From NCBI RefSeq assembly GCF_009914755.1, contig NC_060940.1: a stretch of DNA of 64,000 nucleotides, one strand, 5' to 3'. This document shows, one piece after another, positions 48,182 to 63,098 of this stretch. Position numbers and translations under genes: made by a program. The notes under the pieces are model-generated. The model ran no database searches. It worked only from the letters and a program-made list of their open reading frames with translations, and was not told the DNA's origin. The stretch comes from the human T2T-CHM13v2.0 reference genome, Homo sapiens. How positions within the stretch are numbered: the stretch's first letter is position 1; every line of letters starts with the position of its first letter.

Positions 48182-48289
48182 TTGTAGGTGTGTATTTCTT
48201 TCATATCCAATTTCCCATTTTCCTCTGCCTCTGATACCTGCCTCTCCTTTTCTGCATGCTCACATTCTTTCACGCTTAGTTTCCTCAGA
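48182..48289 (-). pseudogene. Vestigial NPIPA-type exon (108 nt: [35 protein letters not shown]) with inactive acceptor
   Basis: Open frame and gtgagt donor intact, but the acceptor reads cccttctAA instead of AG. Confidence 0.8.
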
Positions 48290-50246
48290 TTAGAAGGGAG
48301 AGAAATGCACACACATGATCCACCAGCCCGTGTGGGATTCCCTCTGCCCTTCTGGCATCTGAAGGCTGTGATTCAAAGATCCCCCCTGCAACCTTCCCAC
48401 AAATGAACCAACTGATTCTCACAACCGAAGGGAGAATTGACACCTCCCATTGAGGGACAAAAAAAAGTCACACTCTGGCCTGCTGGCAAGTCACCTGTCA
48501 TTTCCAGCTCATCTTCATAGTTCCATAGTTAGTCCTATTCTTTAGTAAATATAAAGACTATTAAAAGCTTCTATGAGGTGCACTATGTGTGTCTCTGGGG
48601 TCAGTCTTGTGCTTGACACAGCGAAAGCTCATTTTAGTTCAGTGTGAAAAACCAGACCTCACCAATTCATCACAACTAACTCCATCGGAAGCAGAGGATT
48701 GCTCCTCATCTGACTCCTCCTGTGTGAGACCTGATTCTCAGTCAGAGGCTGATGCCGGAACTGAGACCATCAGCCATAGAGAGATCCTTCCAGAATAACC
48801 CCGCAGTTCACTACTGCACTTTGCCATGATTCAGGACTGGAACTCTTGTCATCGACTTTAAAGATCCTGGTTGAGAGAAAAGGCAATCTGAATGCTGGGC
48901 GCATCTATTGAATTAGAAATGATCGGAATGGCTCCTAAGTCAGGGTGTTATGTCCTGAAAATAGGTGACAACGGCAAACCATCCACCCTGGTGTTGACTG
49001 ACTTTAACAAGGTTCAGTTCACAGAGATTGAGGGCAGAAAAAGGAAACGGCCTCAAAAGGGTAAGTTTGCTGTGTTGCCCTCATACCACTTGATTCATGG
49101 TCCTGATCCTAAGGATCTCACCTGATACTTGGCTTTATAGGAAGGATGTGTAAAATTCCCAGAACGCTAGGAAACAGGGGCGAAAACACTTCAAAGAGAA
49201 AGTTAATGAACTTGTTTCTGACCACAAGGCATCCTTCAGCACATGCTGTCTGGAGTGGCCTCAAACAAGGAGTGTGTGGTGTGGTGCTGAGAATGCAATG
49301 GGAGCAGGGTCCTGTCCCCACGCTAAAGAAGCTCACAGCTTAATGCAAATGAGAAGCCAGTGAGGACATCACTACTCCTGCTGTGCACTTGGGAACTAGA
49401 AACACAAAACCTGACTCTGGAGGGAAGCTAAGGAAGCATTCTACTCTTGAGTTGACATAAGTGCATCTGAAGCTTCTGATCTCCGATGAGAACAATGGGG
49501 GACACCAAACAGAATATAAAACCCATGATTGAATACATCAAATTGCTAACATGGCAGTAAACAGACATGAGGTGAAGATGGAGAAGAAGGAAACCCAGGA
49601 CGAAAGTCAGCCTCGCATTTGGAACCCATTTCCCTGCGTTTCATTGCTGAATTCCAGAAGGAACTACTGAGATGCAAAGAAGCACAGCAGCTTTTGCACA
49701 CATGCGTGGGATTAGATGGAAAACAAGTGGATTGAGGGTCTGCCAATGAAAGCGACCCATACTGAAGTCCACTGGCTCTGGTTGAGACCCAGAAGAGTCA
49801 TGCATCAGAATAAAGGTGGACAGGAAATACCCTGGCCTTTGTAGGGACTGAGCCTGCACCGACGACTTCAATTGCAGCCTGTATGGAGGACCCCTGACCA
49901 TCCCCCAGAAGTAGACTCCCATCTCTTCTGCAGCAAGATAACATGCTACTAGGCCTCAATTCATTGCTAAACATTTTTTAACAAGTATCTCACATTTAAC
50001 AAAAAAAGATCAGTCATATGGCAGCAAAATACAATGTCATATGACCAAAACATGAAAGACTGTGAAAATGAATCTGGAGGTGACCCAAGCATTGAATTCA
50101 ACAATCCAGGCTGGGTGCGGTGGCTCACACTGGGAGGCTGAGGTAGGCAGATCACCTGAGGTCAGGAGTTCAAGACTAGCCTGGCCAACATGGTGAACCC
50201 CTGTCTCTACTAAAAATACAAAAATTGGGCCGGGCACGGTGGCTCA

Positions 50247-50723
<477 letters not shown>

Positions 50724-50770
50724 TCACGCCTCTAATCCCAGCACTTTGGGAGGCTGAGGCAGGTGGATTA

Positions 50771-51034
<264 letters not shown>

Positions 51035-51251
51035 CTAGCAACTCCTCTTCCTCCGAAAAAATGAAAACAAGAATGTAGGAAGGGAAAGGAATTATACAGC
51101 TTAAACTAATGAAGCAGAAAGGACAAACTCAATTTTGAACCCACTGAATTTGCCACAAATATTGTAGAAAATATTCTCAAGGACTTTACAGTTGTCTACT
51201 TTGATTGGCACATGGTTCATACAACAGTATTTGTGTCAAGGCACATCTTAC

Positions 51252-51447
51252 TGTTTTCTGGCGGTCTTCCTCTTTCCATTGATTTTGTCATGATGGTTGA
51301 TTTTCGTTGTCACCTTCCTCTTACGGATTTTAGCTCTAACTTTTGTTTCCACATGTCTCCGTAGAGTAATGACGTCTTTCAGGCCAATTTTATTTCCTCG
51401 AAAGGAAGAAACTCTTTTCTTTGTGTGCATACAAATGGACCTCAGCC
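51252..51447 (-). CDS. NPIPB5: NPIPB exon (196 nt): [66 protein letters not shown]
   Basis: ctctcaccaag acceptor, gtaaga donor; ORF 51248..51625. Confidence 0.85.
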
Positions 51448-51559
51448 CTTGGTGAGAGTGAGGAGAGGAGAAGGTGAGAAACCTGAGGGCAAGAAGCTGT
51501 TCTTTCCCTTTCCAGGGCAAACTCATTTCCACACTATGCGGATTCCAACAGAGCCATAC

Positions 51560-51659
51560 CTTCCTGTCTACGGCGGTTGGACCTCCAGGCTCTCTGCTGT
51601 ACATCCGTGGATCCATCATGTCCATTTCGAGACCAGAAGATAGTCTTCAGGAGAGACAC
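51560..51659 (-). CDS. NPIPB5: NPIPB exon (100 nt): [33 protein letters not shown]
   Basis: ttatttcctag acceptor, gtatgg donor, phase 0 to 1. Confidence 0.88.
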
Positions 51660-52115
51660 CTAGGAAATAATAATATAAGAATGACGGCTGGGCACGGTGG
51701 CTCATGCGTATAATCCCAGTACTTCGGGAGGCCGAGGCAGGTGGATCACGGGGTCAGGAGTTCAAGACCAGCCTGGCCAAGATGGTGAAACCCCGTCTCT
51801 ACTAAAAATACAAAAATTAGCCGGGCATGGCAGCGGGCGCCTGTAATCCAAGCTACTCGGGAGGCTGAGGCAGAGAACCGTTTGAAGCTGGGAGGCGGAG
51901 GTTGCAGTGAGCCGAGATCACACCACTGCACTCCAGCCTGAGCGACAGAATGAGACTCTGTCACATACACACACACACACACAAGAATGACATGAGGCTG
52001 GCACGGTGGCTCACTCCTGTAATCCCAGCACTTTGGGAGGCCGAGGCAGGCGGATCACCTGAGGTCGGGAGTTTGAGACCAGCCTCACCAACATGGAGAA
52101 ACGCTGTCTCTGCTA

Positions 52116-52274
<159 letters not shown>

Positions 52275-52325
52275 TCAAAAAAAAAAAAAAAAAAAAAAAA
52301 AAAATAGGCCAGATGCGGTAGCTCA

Positions 52326-52672
<347 letters not shown>

Positions 52673-53774
52673 TTATAAGTATTTTACCACAGGTTAACAT
52701 GTTTCACAACTTGAAAAGGAAGTAATTACCTTCAGCTCTCTGAGTTCTAGAATTTGTAACATTTCATCCCCTGCTCCTTCCTGATCTGCACTGGAGCATC
52801 TTCCTTCTGTCCCTGCTCTACTCAGAGTTCACTTTCCCTTCCCTCACATCAGCTTCATTGAGGCTGGTTTGAACTTAACGCAAAACATTCTCACTAATGA
52901 CTGAATTCCCACCAAGATTTCCATATTATCACAGTATGCTTTTAATCTTCTAAGATATTAAATATTTCTTCTCATCATAGCTAAAATGCAATGCAAATCC
53001 CATCTCAGATGTGGGTCAGATACCTATGAATCTCCTGAGGTGGTCATTGAAATGACTTTTTTCTTGAGACAGAGTGTCACTCTCAACCGTGCTGAAGTGC
53101 AGTGGCGCTACCTTGGCTCACGGCAACCTCCACCTCCCAGATTCAAGCGATTCTTGTGCCTCAGCCTCCCAAGTAGCTGGGATTACAGGTGCCTGCTACC
53201 ATGCCTGGCTAATTTTTGTCTTTTTAGTAGAGATGGGGTGTCACCATGTTGGCCCATCTGGTCTTGAACTCCTGACCTCAAATGATCCATCTGCTTCAGC
53301 CTCCCAAAGTGCTGGGATTACAGGCATGAGCCACCACACCTGGCCTGAAATAATATCTTTCAAATTCTTTGTAGAATTTGTTTTTTCCTGATTTCTGCAC
53401 ATAGGATAAAAAAAAAATCATGTACTAGGATTTCGAGAGAAGCAATGGGTAATCTAAAAAGATGAAAAGAGCAACCACGTCAATCCCACAGCTACTGCTA
53501 GATTTCATAGGAAAGGTAGCTGGCCCAGTTTGGAGCTAGGGGAAATGTCAAACACATGAAGAAATGAGAAGCCAAGAAATGCCATCACGCATGAATGCTT
53601 CATGGCACCCATGATGTCCCTGCTAAGGAGGTAATGGTATAGATGACTAGATGACAAGGACAAAGATGAGAGGTGCGAAGTTGTCCAAGTCCAACAGCTC
53701 AACTGAACTTTCCTAAGTGGAATTGTTAAAAAGTGGTAAATTTAAAAACTTCCCCTGGCTCACGTGGTGGCTCA

Positions 53775-54080
<306 letters not shown>

Positions 54081-54459
54081 TTATACCGAAAATTCTCTGT
54101 TCAGGACTAAGTGGCATAGAGAATGTTAAATGTGCCTAGATATCTTCATAACTCATATATTTTCTGTTTTCTACATATCTTGAAAGGCAGTGCCAAATGA
54201 CGTGTAATTATCTAGGTGGTAAAACTGAAACATACTTCCTCTTCCCTTGAATATAAAAAAGCATTGTGGTATTAGTACTTTTATCTTGGATCATTGTTCA
54301 GAAGGAGGTTCAGCCCCCAGACAACCACATTTTTACTGTCATGAATGGCAAGACAAAATGTAGAGCTCAACTTACCCAAAGGAAAAAAGGCTCAAAAGAC
54401 AAATTATGGCACAACTTAGCAGCCAAATTCTTACCAAGTACAGACTTTTGACATACTGA

Positions 54460-54945
54460 TCTCTCTCCAGTTCCAAGTCGGAACATGCACTTTGAATGAT
54501 GTCATTCAAAATTACCCTGCCCAGACACACTTTTCATTGATTCTCTTGGAGGGCAGTTCTAAGAGTCTCTGGGGCTTTCTCTGCATCATGAGACGCAGTG
54601 CAGTTCTGCCCTTCACCTTCCGGCAGTTTGTCACCTCGTCCCTATGACCTCACAGGAACTTTGTCTCAGGCCAATTGTTTGTTCCTTGGCCTCTTTCATT
54701 TCCCCTAAAAATCATTTGCTGCCCCTCTAAATGGCCTACATCTCCATCTATCTCCCTCTCCCCTCAGAAGAGGGTGCTCTTTAAGCATCAGCCATCCGGC
54801 CCTTCTAGCAGTCTCATTTTTCAGCTGGTTCCCATGTTTATGCCTGTTCTATGTTTTTCTTTTCCTGTTAAGCTGTCTGTTGTCAGCTCATTTCTGCAGT
54901 GAATCTTCAGAGAGGAGATTGGAAGCTTTCCTTCCACCCATACGA
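54460..54945 (+). mobile_element. MER34/MER39-like ERV1 LTR in an NPIPB intron
   Basis: ccctaaaaatcattt, gaagagggt..tttaagc, ttttcctgtta..ctgtct, cagtgaatcttcagag motifs. Confidence 0.5.
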
Positions 54946-55274
54946 TAGAACTATAAAGCAGAAGAGTTTAGAAAGAATTTCCTATTTAAGTGACGAAACC
55001 TCATACTCCATTTGTGATAAATAGCACAAAGGTTAAAAAAACTTATTTTTGACCAAAAGCTCTGTTGACATTCTATTAAACAAACACCGACCTATTTAAT
55101 TTTCATAATGCAAATGGCAGATGTTTTCATAATTCTTATACTAATAAATCATTTCCCTGATTTTTTGGGTAAAACCACATATTCATAATGAAGTCCAGAA
55201 ATGTGAATTGTTTTATATAATTTATTCTTATTTGTGATTACAAGTATACCTCTACAGAAAGTTAGTATACTCAC

Positions 55275-55403
55275 CCAAAGGTAAACTATCCAGAGGGTAA
55301 TGACAACTTTATAACTTGTCGGAAACGCAATAATGACATGTAACCAAGGACTTCCACCAAAGTCAGTCCCACGATGATGATGGTCAGCCAGAGTATTGAT
55401 AAC
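55275..55403 (-). CDS. NPIPB5: NPIPB exon 2 (129 nt): [43 protein letters not shown] (hydrophobic, TM-like end)
   Basis: attattccag acceptor, gtgagt donor; ORF 55149..55451. Confidence 0.9.
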
Positions 55404-55740
55404 CTGGAATAATAATAGTTGAAATAATGAAAAGGTCAATGACACTGACAATATTTCACTCAGAAAGAATCATCCTTAGAAACCGTCAACCTCCTCCAAA
55501 AGGTAACCACATCCCTCAGATATCACCGTGGGATTCCACTGCTACAAAAAAGAACAGAAGTTAGAAGTCACATGTTTTTCAGATGGCTGGTAGTGTTTTC
55601 AGGCATTGCAAATGTGGGGTGTTGTCTTTCTTGGTATAAAGCAGGGATATCCAATCTTTTGACTTCCCTGCCTATATTAAAAGAAGCAAAGTTGTCTTGA
55701 GCCACACATAACATACACTAACACTAACAATAGCTGATGA

Positions 55741-56194
<454 letters not shown>

Positions 56195-56476
56195 TAGCTG
56201 GGAGTACAGGTGCCTGACAGTGCACTCAGCAAATTTTTGTATTTTTTGTGGAGATGGGGTTTTGCCATGTTGGTCAGGGTGGTCTCGAACTCCTGACCTC
56301 AGGTAATCTGCCCGCCTCAGCCTCCCAAAGTGCTGGGATTACACGCATGAGCCACTGTACCTGGCCAAAATCTCCTAATGTTTTAAGAAAGTTTACAAAT
56401 TTGTGTTGAACTGCATTCAAAACTGTCCTGGGCCACATGCAGCCCGTCACTCATGGGTAAGACAAGCTAAGTATAA

Positions 56477-56620
<144 letters not shown>

Positions 56621-57118
56621 TAACTGGGATTACAGGCGCCTGCCACCACGCTCGGCTAATTTTTGTATTTTTAGTAGAAACAGGGTTTCACCATCTTGGC
56701 CAGGCTGGTCTCCAACTCCTGACCTCATGATCCACCTGCCTTGGCCTCCCAAAGTGCTGGGAATACAGGTGTGAGCCACTGCACCTGGCCAGTAGTTATC
56801 TTTTCTTTAAAGTTATTTACTTGTTTTTTAAATTGATGTATAACATTGGATGCATTTATTATATATCACATGGTAAAAGAATCCCTCTAAATAATACTTC
56901 TCTCTTGGATTATATGAATCTTTGTCATTTAAATCTCAGCATAAGTAAAAAAAAAAAAAAATACAATGAAGAGATTACTTCATTCACAAATAAGTATCAA
57001 ATTTTAGTGCTTAAAAATTAACAAGGTGGGCTGGGCGTGGTGGCTCACGCCTGCAATCCCAGCACTTTGGGAAGCCGAGGTGGGTGGACCACGAGATCAG
57101 GAGATTGAGACCATCCTA

Positions 57119-57427
<309 letters not shown>

Positions 57428-57954
57428 TTATGTGAGTGAAGACGAAGACTTCCCCTGAGTAAGTTCAGACAGCTTGTGATAACATTTCTACGTCGATTCC
57501 TCAGGATTTAACTATATATTCTTGAAAACATCTCAATTTTAAATGTTTCTTTCAAGATGGTGAATTAAACAGAGATAGCCCTTCAACAGGTTGAACTCAG
57601 CATATGCTGAGTCTGAAATGGAAATGATGAAGTTAGAGAACCATACAACAATGGTAATGATTTCAGAAACATGGTGTTGAGCAGAACAAAGCAGACACAA
57701 AAGAGTACCTATGGCATGGCATGCATCTGTATACGCGAAATTCCAGAATAAGCAAGCTAACCTATGATAAGAAAGAGACTGGCTGGGAAGACTGAGAGTT
57801 CACTTTCTGGGGTGACATAATAGTGTAGATCTTGGCTGGGCATGGTGGTTCACGCCTGTAATCCCAACGCTTTGGGAGGCCGAGGCGGGCGGATCACCTG
57901 AGGTCGGGAGTTCAAAACCAGCCTGACCAACATGGAGAAACCCTATCTCTACTA

Positions 57955-58302
<348 letters not shown>

Positions 58303-58319
58303 TCAAGAGATGGAGACTA

Positions 58320-58607
<288 letters not shown>

Positions 58608-58610
58608 CTA

Positions 58611-58745
<135 letters not shown>

Positions 58746-59128
58746 TCATCAAACCAGATGACACAAATCAAATGACATTTCACTTTGTTTTGGTCCATTT
58801 TCTTTGTTAAAAACAAGAGTGCAGCGGGGCCATCTCGGCTCACTGCAACGTCCAGCTCCTGGGCCCAAGCGATCCTCCCACCTCAGCCTCTCCAGTAACT
58901 GGGATAACAGGTACGCACCACCAGGCCCGACTAATCTTTATTGGAATTTTTTGTAGAGATGGGGTTTCGCTATGATGCCCTGGCTAGTCTTCAACTCCTG
59001 GACTCAAGTGATCTGCCCACCTCGGCCCCCTAAAGTGCTGGGATTACAGGCCTGAGCTGTGTAATTTCATGCCACGTGATACAGCCCAGTAAAAAGGAAG
59101 AAACCCCACGGGTCCAGCGTCTACTCAC

Positions 59129-59203
59129 AGAGATGCACTGATGGCTGATAAATTCCAGTAGGAGCCCAAAGAGGAGCCAAAAGAGCATCCACCGCACCCG
59201 CAT
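59129..59203 (-). CDS. NPIPB5: Alternative first coding exon, signal-peptide-like: MRVRWMLFWLLFGLLLEFISHQCIS
   Basis: GACATGC start, 25 codons, gtgagt donor in phase 0 matching exon 2. Basic n-region plus hydrophobic h-region. Confidence 0.7.
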
Positions 59204-59239
59204 GTCCTGGTCCTTTCAGGGCGCCCTGAGGCGGCCAGG

Positions 59240-59745
59240 ACAGAGGTGGAGGTGGCTTAGGGCAGGGGGGAGGGAAGGGGACGGGGACCGGGGCCGGATC
59301 TGAGTTGGGGAGGGGGAGGGGGAGGGGAGGGGGAGGGGAAGGGGAGGGGAAGGGGGGAAGTAAGGGAAGGGAAAGGAGGAGAAGGGGGCTGTTGGGCACC
59401 TGGAGGAGGTGGAGGAGGAGGAGGAGAAGAAGAAAGGGGTCTGGGAAAGGATCCGGTTCAAATTAAGTTCTCAAGCGCTGGTGGAAGGTTTAGCTACAGG
59501 TCACGGAGAAGATCAGGGAAGCAACAGGACACGCGGGGCAAGGGAGCGTGAGGCTTAGGAGCAATCAGAGGGAGACAAAAAGGTTCTGCTATCCACCAAA
59601 CCTTCTTCGGTCTGGGCCCTCCCTTACCAACCCTGGGGCTTTATACTCCCTCTCCACCAATCCCTGATGACCCCGGTGGTGCCTCACAATGGACAGTGCC
59701 TCACAATGGACAATGCCAAGTAGCGCCCGCATCATTCCAATGACC
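59240..59745 (-). promoter_or_regulatory. Candidate promoter/5' leader upstream of the MRVR exon (TATA, CCAAT, polypurine tract)
   Basis: TATAAA on minus at 59640-59645, CCAAT at 59657-59661 and 59737-59741, G-run purine tract 59260-59440. Confidence 0.4.
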
Positions 59746-59954
59746 CCTCCCCCATCTCAGTCTCCCACACTCCTCCCAAAGACAGGTCCTCTCTGGAACC
59801 TTCACAAACCTGATTTCTGGTCCTCCCCAACCAGCTCCCTGTCCCTGCTTCTGGGCGCTCCTTCCTTCCTGAGCTCCCAGGGTTCCTCAAGGTCACTTAT
59901 GGCGACAAAACATAAAAAACAAATGATGGCAGGATGGCAGGAAGAACCTCATAC

Positions 59955-60017
59955 CCAAGCAGAGTGCCAGGTTTTACAGCCTCCGCTCAGCCATTCATAT
60001 CCTAAGCAACAAAACAT
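59955..60017 (-). CDS. NPIPB5: Alternative first coding exon, NPIPA-type: [21 protein letters not shown]
   Basis: ATG at 60017, 21 codons, gtatga donor in phase 0; recognised NPIP N-terminus. Confidence 0.72.
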
Positions 60018-61074
60018 CAGCAGGGTGCGGAAGGTCCCGATAGTAAACCATCTCCATCACATCCATGTAGCCATCCGTCCATCAACCTGTATCTCAGGAA
60101 CAAATGTAGATACATTCATTTTAAGCATGCCTGGTACATTTACAAAAATTAACCTGACTTATTTTGTTCCAGCAAATCTCAATATATTTGAGAGCAATCA
60201 AATCACACAGCATGTTTCTGATCATATAACTGTGCTAGAAGTCAATGATTAAAAGCTAATTCAAAATTATTATTTGCTTGGAAATTCAAAGTGCCCTTAT
60301 AAGACATAAACATAAGAAAGAATCCAAAATGAAACAAGATTGCCTTTCAACTCAATGATGAGATCATAACATGGCAATAAAATGTCTCCCTCTGGCCTGG
60401 GAATTCCTCTTTGTGGCACAAGGTTGTGTGATCTCAAATCACCGCTAACCCACCTAGACATTTTAACATCCGAAACCGAGTGATGACGTCCTTATCTATA
60501 TCATCTTACTGCCTGTGTGTGTGGACTTTAAATTCTGAACCCAAATGAGGGGGAGAAAACCAAGTTGACTTTCATGACTGAGCTCTCAGGGACGTCCAAG
60601 GAATCTGTGCATTTCAAGAAACAAAGTTCATCAGCTTCTCTCCTAAGGTATTTGCCCACAATACCCAGAGGGCTTGGCAGCATCATGTGTGATGGGTGGG
60701 GAGCTCCAAGCAGGTGGGCAGGACCCAGGGGCCTGGTGACCAGGACAGACCCCCACTGTCCATCACCTTTCCTGGCCCTGTCCTCTGCTAAACTTCCCAC
60801 AGGCCTTCTGCCCGATCACACAGAGTATGCCCAAACTCTCTCAGGCCTCTGGCAGCTGAAAACCACTGCTTTAAATCCCTTTACCATTTACTATGACATA
60901 AGGTTATTGTAAACAGGAAATATTCTATTGATGCTACAAATGGAAAGCCAATGCCTTTACCATAAATAGAAAAACAACCCTAAGAAGCAAGCAAAACAAA
61001 AACAAAACAGGGGCTGGGTGTGGTGGCTCACGCCTGTAATCCCAGCACTTTGGGAGGCCGAGGTGGGCGGATCA

Positions 61075-61304
<230 letters not shown>

Positions 61305-61404
61305 CTACAAACAAAAAACAGGGTTAACAAAAGTATGGAATTCAATTCTTTTTATATGCTGCAGCCATGTTCCTGCCCTAGATTTGGCTGGGCATGGTGG
61401 CTCA

Positions 61405-61759
<355 letters not shown>

Positions 61760-63011
61760 TTAGAGCAAAAGTGAATGGCAGAGAGTACTATAATGTCCAT
61801 GAAGGGCTGCTAGAGTCACCGTGATCATAGCCCAAGCAGAGATAGGGAAAGGAAGATGTGAGCAGAGTTTGGGGTCTCGAACAATGGAGGTTATTCGTGC
61901 AGCCCAGGAAAGGCTCCCCAAAGCCAGGATCAACCTCCCTTGGAGGCGGTCCCTCATGGAGGCATGGTCAGGCACCTTAGATTTGAGACCAGCTATGTTG
62001 CTGCTGACCAGCTGTGTGACCCTGGGCTGGTTTCCTTCCACACAATGGGAGTGCCAATGGCTGCATGCATGCAAAGACCGTCTGAGGATAGGAGGAAGCA
62101 ATCTGTTGAGCACCCGTGTACCTGAGTGTCATCACCTCCCAAGGGCATCCTTCGTTCCAGAGCTGGCACCTTGGAAGGCCCTTGGTCACTGAAGGCAGTG
62201 ATGATGGTAACAGCAGTAAATCATCATTTACGGCTGATGAGGGAAGGCCAGGGGTAGGGCTCCTAGGTCCTGGATAAGAATGAGGGTCTGGGCACTCCTG
62301 GGGACAGCTGAGTGGTAGGACTCCTGGGTCCCCAGGGGGCAGGTCCATCTTCAGTGGCATTGGGCCTAGGCTGGGATGCTGAGTTATCCACTGGAGCATC
62401 AGCAGTACAGGCAGGCACAGAGGCAGTGGATCCATCGGAGGTGGCAGGTGTAGGATCGTCTGGTGAGCAAGTAGAGTCACCAAATCTGGCTGACCACTAC
62501 CCCCACTACCCCCACTATCCCCACAGACGATGCCCTGTCCCTTGCCTCATGCTCCGGCAGGGTACAGGCTCGCACCTGGGGCCTCAAGGAGCATCTCTCT
62601 AAGACCTCTGTGTCCTGGTCATTGAATGGGCACTTGAGTCACCCAGGGCCATTGGAACAAAGAGGAAGAATCAGGCCCCACGATGTTTTGGGAGAGTGTT
62701 TAGCACAGGAAAATGCGCAGAATACACGCACGACACGGGGGCACTGTCAGTGTGGGAGCAATGGTTTACAACCTCCAGCCCTAATCTGAGCACTCTCACC
62801 TGTGCAATCTGAAAGGAACAGGAGACTTGCAGGAAAGACAGTGCCTGGATTTAACTTAAAGGAACTAAAAATGTTGGAATTTTTACTCTTGATATCCTTC
62901 CAAATCAACTCTCTCAATGTTCCCATCCTCAAAACTATCATATGGGGTAACTGAGGCAGTCAGAGATTTACTGACTCAATGTCACTCAATTGATTCTGAG
63001 TTCACTGCTGA

Positions 63012-63098
63012 TTACATCCGACCAAACTGCTTTTTCTGAAGTCTACTCCGTTTAATCATGCTGGTGATGATTTTGTGCGGCTCTGGGACAAACTCCAC
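63012..63098 (-). pseudogene. Diverged acyl-CoA synthetase medium-chain (ACSM1-like) terminal exon: VEFVPEPHKIITSMIKRSRLQKKQFGRM*
   Basis: ttatcttcagccag acceptor. Aligns without gaps to the ACSM C-terminal pattern VEFVxELPKTITGKIxRxxLRKKExGxM*. Confidence 0.75.

Noticed and set aside
59689-60252. 187-aa plus-strand ORF antisense to the NPIP first exons
   Set aside because: No recognisable domain; the end looks like decayed L1 sequence and the start lies in a 17-bp duplication.
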